Positions 36,456 through 52,214 of a DNA stretch of 64,000 nt are shown piece after piece; position 1 is the first letter of the stretch; each line of letters starts with the position of its first letter. The stretch comes from Protoeuglena noctilucae (lineage: Eukaryota): NCBI GenBank assembly GCA_958009085.1, contig OY253678.1, positions 620,001 through 684,000 of the forward strand, read 5' to 3'. Made by a program: the position numbers and the translations under genes. The notes under the pieces were generated by a model, which was not told the DNA's origin, ran no database searches, and was given only the letters and a program-made list of their open reading frames with translations.

Positions 36456-39400
36456 ATGGAGCCCGCTTCCCGCAAGAGCGCTCCCCCCTGCGGTGACCCC
36501 ACCAACTGTTTTGCATGGTTGCACCGCGCGCCCTGCGTGGCGTTGTCTCCGGCCACACCCGTACGTTTCAACTTGCATGCTCATCCACCTCATTACGTTC
36601 GCACCGAAACTGCACGCCTATTCCCAACCCAGGACCACGGCGAATGCGGCACACCCGCGAAACACGCTGCGGAGCATCGCGTGGGCAGGTTCCTTGCCGG
36701 AGCCGCCATCGCCGTCCTTATCGGTGCCACAACTCCTCCCGCGCACGCGGCGCGAGATGAGCGCGCGCGCGCGGTGGCCCAGCACATTTCGATGACGCGC
36801 ATCCGCGGGGTCCCCCGGCCGAAGAGTCGCTCCGGGCCCGGTGAGGCCTTGCTCACTCGATATGTCTATCATAGCGGCGCTTTCCAGCAACATCCTGGAC
36901 CCGCAACAGCTCCCCGTGCATCCTCCCGCCCGCAGCGTCGCCGAGCACAGGCCAGCTGCGTGTAATCGACCCTGAGACCTCCACGCCGGCCGACTGGCTC
37001 TACACGGCGGGCCAGTGGACGAGGCATCAGTACAAGGCGGTGTGGGACTGGTACAACCGGATCTGGTTCCTCCGCATCTTCCACACCCCGGCCACCGAGA
37101 TAGAGTCTGTCGTGTACAACACGCCCCAGGACGTCGTGCCCTTGCTGGAGCGCCTGGCGGGCGGGGCCGCCGAAGCGAGGGATGCGACCGCGCGCTCCGC
37201 GAGGTGCGTGGACGGCGTGCAAAGGGTGGCACAGGCGCACAGTGGTGGACGACCTATGCGGTGTGTTGTTAAGCGCGGTTGGCTCCTGCTAGTGCTGGCG
37301 CCGACAGCCGGTACTCGAAAGCACCGCAAGGTTCCTCCCGCACACGCAGGCGAATGGCACAAGAGCCAGCCGCACAGATTGCCGCGGCGGTGCTGGCGAC
37401 GGCCCTGGCTGGCATGGCCCTGGCCGCCATCGTGAGAGCGGCCGACCCTGAGGGCGAGAGGCGACGTCAGGCGCTCGAGGCAGCCCGGGAGTCCCTGCAG
37501 CGAGCGTCCAGAGCGGGCTCCGATGCCTGGCGTGGGCTAGCAGTGTCCCGGGGGGACACTGACCAAGGAGCACTGGCGTCGTCGACTGGCTTAGGGGACC
37601 CTGAGGGCGGCCCTGATGACGGCAACAGGTCAGTTTTACGTTGGGCGGCTGCCTCGGTGGGGCTCGTGACCCGGGACCTCAAACAGACGACGTCAACAGA
37701 CACCGCGGCGGGCTCGGACGCGACGGGCGATGGCGACGACCCTGCGGTCGCCAGGGCAGCGTCGCCAGCAGATGCCTTGCGTGAAGCGCGCGACATGGAC
37801 GGCAAGGTCTTTGAGCTCAAGTGAGCCTTTCACGGTGCACGAGATGGTTCGAAGGCAACTGTTTGGTACAAGCACGGCATCCACTCAACACGCACGTGCC
37901 TGTCCCCTGCAGGAAGCGGCAGGAGGATCGGGAAGACGCAATGGCGGCCATCGAGGCGCGCCTGCAGGAGTCGCGGCAAGCGCAGAAGGGTACAGGTGAG
38001 CCTACCCTGTGGGGTGGGCAGGGCGCGCAGCGACACACACCCATCACATGGCGGGGTGGCCTGGCAGTGGCGCGCGGTGCTTGAGAGGGCCCGGGACCTG
38101 TGCCAATGTCAACGTCGCTCCGCAGAGGCGGGCCGTGCCGAGGCGCGGACGGCAGCGCGAGAGCTCGCGAGGGAGCGGTCGGCGGTGTTAGGGATGCTGG
38201 ACGAGGCGGAGCGGCGGGCGCGGGAGGCGCAGGCGTCGAGCGTGGCCCTGGGCGAGGCGGCGGCGGCCGAGACGGCCGAGCTGCGCGCGCGGCTGGCGGA
38301 GGCGGAGCGCCGCGCGGACGCCCTCGAGGCGCAGCACCTGCGGGACGTGGAGACGATCCGGCTGCTGGAGGAGGCGCTGCGGGAGGCGCGGCGCGCGGCG
38401 CAGGAGGCGGCGGAGGCGGCGCGGAGGGCGCAGGCCGGGCAGGAGGCGGCGGCGCGGCGGGTGGCCGAGGTCGCCCGGGACGCCGAGGCGGCGATGGCGG
38501 CGGCGCTGGCGGAAAAGGAGCGCGCGGCGGCGGAGCTCGAGAGGGCGGCGGAGGGCGACGCGGCGCGGCTGCGGGAGCAGGTGGCCGCCGCGGAGGCGCT
38601 GCGTCGGGAGGCGGAGGCGACGCTGGCGGTGGTGCGGGCGGAGGACGCGCGTCGGCTGCAGGAGGCGGAGGCAGCGCTGGAGGCGGTGCAGGAGCAGGAC
38701 GCCCGGAGGATGCGGGCGATGGAGGAGGACCGCCGGCGCCTCGAGGAGGCGTACGAGGCGTCTCAGAGGGCGGCAGAGGCGGAGGCGGAGGGGCTGAGGA
38801 AGGCGGAGGAGGAGGCGGCAGCTCTCCGGGCCAAGCTGGAGGAAGCGACGCGGCAGGTGGGGAGATGGGGAGTGTATCAGTCTACCTAAGCAGGGCATGG
38901 CAGCGAACGAGCCTCTCGGCAATCGGCTGGGCCACCCACGGCTCGTGCGACACGGCAGGCCGCGTGTGCTGACGTCAGACGGTCGTGCGGCGCGCGTTGC
39001 TGCTGCGTGCAGCGAACCCATCTGTCCTGTCTCGTCGCGCAGAGGGAGGGAGAGGGCCAGAGGCTTGAGGCGGCGGCCGCGGCTCAAGAGGAGGAGGCGG
39101 AGGAGCTGCGGCGGCGGTTGGAGCAGGAGGTCAAAGAGAAGCGAGAGATGGAAGCGCTGCTGAGGAGGATGACGGAGGAGAGGGCGAGCGAGCTACGGCA
39201 GGCGCAGGGGGAGGCGACGCGAGCCAAGGAAGCCTTGCGAGAGGGCGAAGCAGCCGCGGCACAGAGGGAGCAAGACCTGCGAAGGGACATGGAGACAGAG
39301 ATGGCGAGAAGGGTGGAACAGGAGCGCGCGAAGCGAGAGACAGAGGACAGAAAGGAGCAAGCCAGGGCCGAGAAGGAGGCTCGCGAGCAAGAGGCGCGTG

Positions 39401-41771
39401 CCAGGCGCGAGGCGGAGGCGCGGGCAAGAGAGGAGGAGCAGGCGCGGGCAAGAGAGGCGGAGCAAGCACGGCGTGCGGAGCAAGAGCGGGCCAAGCAGGA
39501 GGAGCAGGCGCGCGCCAGGGCCGAGAAGGAGGCTCGCGAGCAAGAGGCGCGTGCCAGGCGCGAGGCGGAGGCGCGGGCAAGAGAGGAGCATGAGCGGGCC
39601 AAGCAGGAGGAGCAGGCGCGCGCCAGGGCCGAGAAGGAGGCTCGCGAGCAAGAGGCGCGTGCCAGGCGCGAGGCGGAGGCGCGGGCAAGAGAGGAGGAGC
39701 AGGCGCGGGCAAGAGAGGTGGAGCAAGCACGGCGTGCGGAGCAAGAGCGGGCCAAGCAGGAGGAGCAGGCGCGCGCCAGGGCCGAGAAGGAGGCTCGCGA
39801 GCAAGAGGCGCGTGCCAGGCGCGAGGCGGAGGCGCGGGCAAGAGAGGAGGAGCAGGCGCGGGCAAGAGAGGTGGAGCAAGCACGGCGTGCGGAGCAAGAG
39901 CGGGCCAAGCAGGAGGAGCAGGCGCGCGCCAGGGCCGAGAAGGAGGCTCGCGAGCACGAGGCGCGTGCCAGGCGCGAGGCCGAGGCGCGGGCAAGAGAGG
40001 AGCATGAGCGGGCTGAGCGGGAGGCGGAGCTGGTGGCTGCATCGCTGAGCGACAACGACGTGGACGACCGCTGGACGCGTCGTGTGGCGGAGATCCGCGC
40101 AGACACCGCCTCGTCGCGGTGGCTGGCACCAAAGGGAGGCGTTCAAACGTGGCTGTCTCAGCTCCTCGCAATGGTCACAATGCCTCCATGGACCGACATC
40201 AAGGACCAGGACGCCAGGCACGGGTTGGCGCTCACGGAATCGCCGGAACCGTCGCCAGCCGAGGGAGACGCTCTGCAGAACGACGGTCTGGCAAACCGAG
40301 CTGGAGAACGTGCGCCCGATCCCGGTGAGCTGCGAAGACATCATCGCCTCTGTCATGCGCGCTCCTGTCTGGTGCAAGCCGTCTCTGTCGGGCAGTTGAC
40401 ACGACAACCGCGCGTGCACCGCAGATCGCAGCCAAGCCTCAGTCCCGGCTGCGGGGACGGGGACGCCGGGCGTCGTCACGGCCGCACCAAACGACGATGC
40501 CCAAGGTGGGGGCGTCGATTCCAACCGATACCGAGAGGAGCCGAACGGCAGTTTCACTGCAGACACTCACACCGACGGTGACGAGCTTCAGCGTCCGTCC
40601 CGGGCCGCTCGCGAGCCCGAGCGACGGGCGAGTGTGGCCACGGCCGGGGCCCTGCAGGCTTCGTCACCTGCCGTGGCAACATCAGCTGCGGCAGGCGTGG
40701 GGCATGCGTCCGCGAGACGCCGTGACGAGGTGGCGTCGGCGGGCCCTGGGTCGCGGCCCATGGCGTCCGTGCCCGCTGAGGCAGGGGCAGGCGCTGCGTG
40801 CGAGGAAGGGGCCGACGAGCGGCGAGTGACGGCCCCAGTTACGACTGCAGGGCTTGCCACGGCAGCGGAGGAGCTTCAGAGAGGGGTTGCGGGGTTGTCA
40901 AGTCATGAGGAGAAGGCGACTCCAGAGGCGCCTGTGGACGTGACACCAGCGGCGCAGGGGCGTCTGGAGGCGACGCCAGTGCCGCAGGGGCCTGTGGAGG
41001 CGACGCCAGCGGCGCAGGGGCCTGTGGAAGCGACACCAGAGGCAAAGGTGGCACCGTGTGAGGTGGGTAGCCAAGAGCGAGGTGGCCGCATCGACGGGGG
41101 TCCGAGGGAGGCCGTGGCAGCGGGCGGACTGGGAACACCAACGGGTGGAGGGAGGGATGAACAAAGGGACCAGCGTGGGGCGGAGGAAGACGGCCGTGGA
41201 GGCGTCCAGCCGCAAGGCAGGCGCGGTCGTCGTCTGGAGGTGTTACGGGTGGCGTCATGTGCACAACCTCGCGAGTCTGGGCCTGCGGGTGCAAGCAAGG
41301 CGGGCGCCTTGCCCAAGGAGACCGGGGAGGTTGCTGCAGAGGCAGCGACAACGGCGGCACCGGCGCAAGCGGTGCGGAGGGGCGGTGGACGAGGCGCGAG
41401 CGAGGAAGGTGACGTGGAGGCCCGCAGCGGGGAGGCGCGGGCATCTGAGGAGCTGAGGGGCGAGGATGCGCCAGGCGTCGCTGCCAAGGGCGGCACTCGG
41501 CTGAACGACGTTCTGCTCACCGCCATCGTCTTGCTGGTGAGCGGCCCGTCGTGATCGCCGAGTTCCTGGCCAGCAGTTCGTGGGCTGCACTGCTGCTATG
41601 ACCACACCACGGCCTTCCTGCTTGCAGCTGGCGTCTGCGCTGCTGGTCGACCTGAACAAGCCGCCTCCGAAGCGCGCGGAGCCACAGGGGCGCTCATGGC
41701 AGCGTCCGAAGCAGCAGCAGGCGAAGACCCGGGCGCCGAGCTCGCAAGCGCCTTCGCTGCATTATTATTAG
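36456..41771 (+). CDS. Large coiled-coil / E-R-A-rich repeat protein with hydrophobic segments near both ends
   Basis: Signal-like FLAGAAIAVLIGATTPPAHA; TM-like IAAAVLATALAGMALAAIV; long E/A/R-rich exons at 38070-38856 and 39043-40174; terminal VLLTAIVLL|LASALLV. The single-gene model is inferred. Confidence 0.55.
39367..40012 (+). repeat. Coding tandem repeat with units of 153/108/153/153 bp plus a partial unit
   Basis: Units begin gccgagaaggaggctcgcgag at 39367, 39520, 39628, 39781 and 39934 and are near-identical at DNA level. Confidence 0.95.
40942..41038 (+). repeat. 30-bp coding minisatellite (about 3.2 copies, TPAAQGPVEA-like)
   Basis: gac(a/g)ccag..cgcaggggc...tggaggc units at 40942, 40972 and 41002. 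Confidence 0.8.
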
Positions 41772-41900
41772 GGTTTCTGCCGTTCGGGGTTGCCCTGCTT
41801 GTTTCGACTTTTTGGCCCCGCTTGACGCGCGATCGGCAGGTCAACATTGCTTTCCGGGACCTGGCGAATCGTTTAAGTGCGTTTGTGAGTGAAGGGAGCA

Positions 41901-43549
41901 ATGGCTTCGGTGGTCTCGCATGCAAGCGCTGGGCATGCGCTTGCAAGGCAGCGTATCCAAGCGCGCGGTGGGATCCGTGGGCCCGCGCTGCCTTCGCCGC
42001 GATCTTCACTACGTTTGCTCGCGAACGCGACGAAGCTCCAGGCGAGACTTGGGCTTTCGAGCCGCAGGGTGCAGTTAGAACTCGGTGCTACCGTTTGGGC
42101 CTCGCGCGACGTGTGTGGGATGCCAATGATCAGGATCTTGAGTTTACGTGTTGTATACATGCGTCTTTTTCTGCCGAAGGGTTTGCAGAGGCGCCGCTAT
42201 CGTGCACAGCGCGGGAGCGGGCCTGCCACCTGCGGCCAAAGTTCTCGCGTCCAACGCCGGCCATTTCTCGTGCGCAGGAGGGAGTGGGCAATGTGTTCAA
42301 GGTAGAAGTCAACGACAACGTATCGCGCCCGCTGTCCAACCGACCCGGTGAGACGTGGGGCCCCGCTGTGGCCATCGCAGATCCTCCGCACTTGCTGTCG
42401 ACAGCAAGCGCTGATCGATCGTGTTCTGCCTTCCAGATGCGACCTTCAGCGACTGGCTCACGGCCAATGGGCCTGACGTGTTCACGCTCATCCAGCTGCC
42501 GATGGGCTGCGCTCTGGTCAAGACGGGGGAGGAGCCCGGCGCGGGCGTGTATGCGATGGGTGAGGAGGGCTTGAGGCATATCTGGCCCGCGCAACACCGG
42601 CTGCAGAGCCACCCGGCGATGGATGCCACTTGTCCCTCCCGCAGACATCAAGCCGATCGAGCTGAGCTTCCCGGGCATCAGCCTCAAGGTCCAGCCGCGG
42701 ATCAGGTGCGGCGTGCTTGAAATACAAGCACAGCGCTGCCCCGTTAATCCCTGCCAACTGTTGGAGACGGCTTGCTGCATGAAATCTCGGGTCTGCCCCT
42801 GCAGCGTGTCGATCGCCACGACCGCCCAGGGTCTCATCCTGGAGAGCAGGGACGCCACCCTCGTAGGCAGCCTGGACTTGACTGGCGAGTGGCGCATGGC
42901 ATGCTCTGCGGGAGACGTGCCACGCTGCACTGGGGGGGGGCACTGGGGGGGGCAAGCTGGCCCAGAGCTACCATGGCCCTCCCTGTGCGCTGGGAGGCGC
43001 GCAGAGCGGGGCACCACTGCGTCACCAATCAGCCGTCGTCTCCCACTCGCAGAGCGCATGGACTTCTTCATCCGGACCATCCTGAAGCCGGTGGCTGGGG
43101 AGGTGAGTGCCTGACCCAGCGTGGGCTGCTCAGCAATGCGGTCAGGCTTGCATGTCGAGGGTGGCGGAGGGACCGAAGTGGGCGTCACAGATCGCCGTTT
43201 GCAACCGTGCACTGGCCTGCGCGCAGGTCCAAAGCACGACGCGCATCCGCATCCTGGCGGACCCCATGGCGCCCCTGAGCCTCATCCCGGGGCCCGTGCT
43301 CGCCACGACGGGGAATTTGGCCACGGGTGCCGCGCTGAAGATCATCCACTCGTTCATGCTCGACTCGATCCTCCGGTACGTGCTGGGGGCGCCCAGCCAT
43401 TGCATGCGGAAGGCGCGTCGGCTTCATCCACGCACGACGGTCTCACCGCTTGCCGCAGGGACTTCAACCAGTGGGCGGCGAGCCCAGAGTTCCGGGCCGG
43501 GCGCGCGCAGGCCCTGCGCAGCGTTGTGACCGTGCCGAGCCGGCTTTGA
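41901..43549 (+). CDS. DUF1997-family plastid protein, multi-exon
   Basis: Transit-like N-terminus; LKVQPRI; APLSLIPGPVLATTGN...SILR|DFNQWA is typical of the DUF1997 C-terminus. Confidence 0.75.
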
Positions 43550-44321
43550 GGCAGGTTGCAATGCGCCTCTGCTCGCGGCTGTTGTGTTCTTTCGACCGGA
43601 CGCTAGCAACACGCTCAGCGCGATTCGTTGCAGTCGACTTGAAACAGGGTAACTCGCAGTTCCTGACGAGGGTTTCTCGAACGTCCGGCGCTCTGATCCG
43701 CTCCTCGCCACGGCTATGCGGCCTCACCGCATCTTCTACCCGTGGCACGGGAGGGGGCTCCGGGCAGCGAGTGGCGTTCGACAAATGGCGCAAACAGCCT
43801 CGTGTCCCATGTGTCCCGTCGACGCCCTGACGAAATAAAAAATTGATTCTTGTAGTGGCCCCGACTGCCCTTTCCGTCGCTGAGGGTCGGCTGGGCGGCC
43901 CACCCCTCAGGTAAGAGCCCCACGAGCCTCCCCGCCCCGCGGTGTGGCACCTGTTTGCCACGCGCACGTGGGAGCTTGGCAACTGCCGCCTCGGGACCCA
44001 GCCCGCGCCAACCACGCGCCAAAATTGCCCGCGTGCGAATGCCCGCACAGCATTTGCCCCGTCAAGGCTCCCGCCGCTCTTTCTTCGCCACAGGGACATC
44101 GGCCTACCTCCGTGGGCAGTAAGGCACTCCGGCATCTCGGAGCGGGCGTGCGGCTCGACACATGGCGGCAGCTTCCCCCGTACGGGCCCCTCGGCCATCT
44201 TTGGTGAGGCCGCTTGGCCGCTTGGCAGCACGCTCGAGCTCCGATCGCCGCGTTCTGCATATACATGTCCAGTTTCTGGCTTGTGACGATCCCAAGAGGG
44301 CGCCTGTTGTTCACGCAGGCC

Positions 44322-48482
<4,161 letters not shown>

Positions 48483-48810
48483 CGGGGCTCGTGTCATGCG
48501 TGTCGCGTGCCCTTTCGTGCTCAGCGTGGTCTCTCCTATTCATTCTCAGCTCCCGTCAGCGATCCATGGCGCAATAGGTCGTGACACTCGGGGTGGGATG
48601 GATCAGAATAAGCCAGAATCGCCGGCGTCGTTGCCCTTTGAAGGACGAGTGCCGCGATGCTGGCAAGAACCGACGGTGTGAAGCACGTGGTTGAGCTTGT
48701 CAGGCCCCCCGTGCCTGCATGCGTCAGAGCTTGGAGGGTGCAGAGTAGACGTCCATTTCCTGAGGCAGGCTACCGCTTTTGAAGCGCAGCAGTGGTGGAT
48801 AACTGCTATT

Positions 48811-49630
48811 ATGCACCTGTCTAAGTCCCTCGCGTTTGCCAAAGGCGGCGTGTCCTCAGGGCTGCGCTCCAGGACGGGGTACGCCAGGGCTTCGCACGTG
48901 CAAGCCATGGCGGCCAAGCGCGCGCTCGTACCCGTCGCAAACGGATCGGAGGAGATGGAGGCTGTCATCATGATTGACGTCTTGCGCAGGTGACCCTCGA
49001 ACCTGCGCCCGCGACCCCACCGTGGGTCCGGAACCGCTGGCACGTCGTCTGCAAATGATCTCCGCCGCAGGGCCGGGACGGAGGTCACCGTGGCGTCCGT
49101 GGAGTCCACGAAGGACGTTACGTGTTCCCGCGGCGTTCGATTGGTTGCAGACCGCCTCCTTGAGGAGGTAAACCAAGAGAGCTTCGACCTCATCGCCTTA
49201 CCAGGCGGGATGCCGGGCGCCGAGCGGCTGGGGCAGAGCACGAAGCTCGTGGAGATGTTGAAAAAGCAGAGGGACGCCGGGAAGCTCTACGCAGCCATCT
49301 GTGCTACCCCAGGTGACGGTCGCAGGCATGTCGGGGACCCCATAGACAGGGAACACGACGATATGCTAAAGACCTGTGTGCGCGCGCGTGGTGCCCGCAG
49401 GCGTGGTCTTCACCCCGGCCGGCCTGCTGGAAGGGAAGAAAGCCACGGCGCACCCTGCGTTCGTGGAGCGCCTGGCGGACCAGTCACGAGCAGAGGACAG
49501 GGTGGTCGTGGATGGGACGTGCACGACGTCGCGCGGACCCGGGACGGCGTTCGAGTTTGCGCTCAGCCTCGTGGGCCAGCTGCACGGCGAGGACAAGGCC
49601 CGCGAGGTGGCCAAGCCCATGGTGCTCTGA
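48811..49630 (+). CDS. DJ-1/PfpI (YajL/ThiJ-type) glyoxalase/deglycase with an organellar presequence
   Basis: ALVPVANGSEEMEAVIMIDVLRRAG; LPGGMPGAERL; AAICATP; TTSRGPGTAFEFAL. Confidence 0.93.
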
Positions 49631-49668
49631 TGTCGTCACCCGTAAGGAACCTGGCCCCCAGGCCCTCC

Positions 49669-50279
49669 TCATCCCTCCCGCCACGTGTGCGTGCACTTAC
49701 AGCACTTGTAGAACACCGTCGCTGGCTCGTCCGCCGATCGAATCTGCACCTCCTTGAAATACGCCTCGTTGTGACCGCACTTCTCGCACGGCGCCGCCTG
49801 CGAAGTCACCGAGGAGGGCCACACTGCGTAGACAGGGTCCTCGCCGAGCGTGCTTGGGACTGAGCCCCATTCAGCTCCACCTCACCGTCGTAGGCACGCC
49901 TTTCCACGCTCCCTCTTCCTGCAAAACCTCCGCCACCTCCTTCTTCTCCAAGTGCAGCCCCGTCGCCACCCTCCTCTCCACCGCGTACTGCGGCGATGGT
50001 GTAGGGGCGCGGTGTAAGAGCGTACGACGGCGATTCGCATCGCGGGTGCGACCGCGGGCACGCAGCGTGCTCGCCTGGTACGAGCAAGACGTGCAAGCGT
50101 AGCGTACCGTCGCGTCGCTGTTGATGCTGCTGTCGGCGCCCTGCTGCTTCACTGCAATTGCGCGAGAAAGTGAGAAGGGTCAGTGAGACTATGCTGGTAG
50201 CTGGGCAGGGAACGCGCGCCGCCTGGGCCTGGGGCTCACGCAGCAGCATGTTGGCGCACGTTGGGCAGAACGCCTGCAT
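49669..50279 (-). CDS. RPC11: RNA polymerase III subunit RPC11 (POLR3K)
   Basis: FCPTCANML; ACTSCSYQ; CEKCGHNEAYFKEVQIRSADEPATVFYKCCKCTHTWRE. Confidence 0.93.
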
Positions 50280-50547
50280 CGGGCGCCCCACCCCTCCCTC
50301 GCGTCCCCCCGGGCGATGCCCAATTGATGCACGAGAAGGGAGCGCGCAGCATCGACGCCTTTGGAGCGCTGCGCCAGATACTTAGGGCATTTGACCTCCC
50401 CAGCCTGATCTCACAGCACGAGCGCCAACGCTCTTCCACCGGATTGCGGAGCGCTTGCAAAGAGCCCTGTATCTCTACCAGTGTCGCGCAAGAACCCAAA
50501 GGACAGCTTCCGACTGCACACCAGCTCTTTCCGACCGCACAAAGTGC

Positions 50548-52065
50548 ATGCTCTCCGCCGGGCGCGCTTGGAGCCTCATCGCCCGCATCCGCCCGCTCAG
50601 GACCCGACGGCGCACTCGTGCGTCGGCCGACGACGCTCCGGTGACGGCAGAGGTCGTCATCGCACCACCCACGCCACCCATGCCTGGCAGCGCCAAGAAG
50701 AAGGCCTCCCGCGCTCGCGTTTATGTTGCGGCGGATCACGACGCTGCCACCAGGTGCATTGCACGTTCAATCGCGGTTCTGCATGCCGCAGCAATGATGA
50801 TTGACCAGGGTCTGAGCAATATCACGTCTATGGTCTCGCAGAGCGAAGGCGTTGAAGATCGCGGAGCAGCTGCGGGCCCTTTACCCGGCGCCGCCCATCC
50901 CACTGGACCATAAGACGCCATTCCAGCTGCTCGTGGCCGTCATACTGTCGGCGCAGACGACGGACAAGAAGGTGAACGAGGTGACGCCCGCACTCTTCGC
51001 GGTGGCGCCCGATGCTCAGGCCATGGCGCGCACGGACGTCAAGGTCATCGAGGAGCACATTCGGTGGGTGGGCCTGGCGCCGACTAAGTCCCGCAACCTC
51101 TCCCGGATGTCACAATTACTCGTGGAGCAGCACGGGGGCGCCGTCCCTGGCACTTTTGAGGAGCTGGAGGCGCTGGTGAGTCCGCGGTCTCAGGGTCAGG
51201 AGCAGCATATGACACGCAGCTTTCCCTGGCACTTTTGAGGAGCTGGAGGCGCTGGTGAGTCCGCGGTCTCAGGGTCAGGAGCAGCATATGACACGCAGCT
51301 TTGCCGGAGTGCCTGGCGCCGCAAACGCTGCCCGCGCCCTGAGCCCGCAGCCCGGAGTGGGCCACAAGACGGCGAGCGTGGTCATGTCCCAGGTCTTTGG
51401 CAAGCCGGCCTTCCCCGTCGACACGCACATTCACCGACTGGCGCAGAGGTGACTGGTTACCAGGGTGCATCGGCTGCACGCTGCGTGGAGTTGACCTCCC
51501 GTGCCTTTCAAGACCTCGCTGCCCTGGGCTCCTGTCCAGGTGGGGCCTCACGAGCGGGGCCAGCGTAGAGCAGACGGAGGCGGATCTTAAAGCACTGTTC
51601 CCGGAGGATAGGTGGAACGACCTGCATCTCCAGATCATCTATTTTGGGAGGGAGCACTGCCCCGCCGCTCACGACCCCAGCGGCTGCCCCATCTGCCAAT
51701 GGGCCGCCGTCCCACCGTACCACAAGACAGGGTACAGCCCTCCCCGCCCGGGCCAGCGCGGCGTCCGGCGCAAGATCGGTACGTGCGCTGCAGATCGGCG
51801 CAGCCGAGCGCAGCCCTTGGCGTTCCAATACATTAAGACCAATTGCAGCTGGTATCGGCTTGGCTGAACCTGTGTCTGCCCTTCTGACGTCGCAGCTCGG
51901 GAGTCGAGCTCGGATGAGGAGTCGGATGGGGGCAGTGAGGACGGCGACTGGGCGCCCTCCGCTGCGGCTGGCAAGGGCAAAAAGGCCACGGGGACCGGGG
52001 AGGAGTCGGGACGGAAGACGAGGGCGAAGAGGAAGCTAAAGCGGACTAGTGAAGGGGACGAGTGA
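50548..52065 (+). CDS. nth: Endonuclease III (HhH-GPD DNA glycosylase), bacterial-like, with N-terminal presequence and basic C-terminal tail
   Basis: [60 protein letters not shown]. Confidence 0.93.
51144..51302. repeat. Perfect 79-bp tandem duplication spanning an exon 3' end and 5' splice site of nth
   Basis: tccctggcacttttgaggagctggaggcgctg|gtgagt...gacacgcagctt starts at both 51144 and 51223. Confidence 0.95.
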
Positions 52066-52214
52066 CGCATGCGCATGCAGCTAGCATGGTCGGCAGAGTT
52101 GATGGCACCAGTGAGCTAGCAGGTCTGTGGACATGTCGATTGCGACCGAGCTCTGCTATGCCATACCCGAGTCCAAGAGCAGCCCTGCGCGAGTCAAGAT
52201 TAAGCGGTGCGTCC

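Noticed and set aside
39367..40012. Repeat array as CRISPR or mobile element
   Set aside because: No unique spacers, terminal repeats or cas/transposase genes; the units are in-frame coding repeats.
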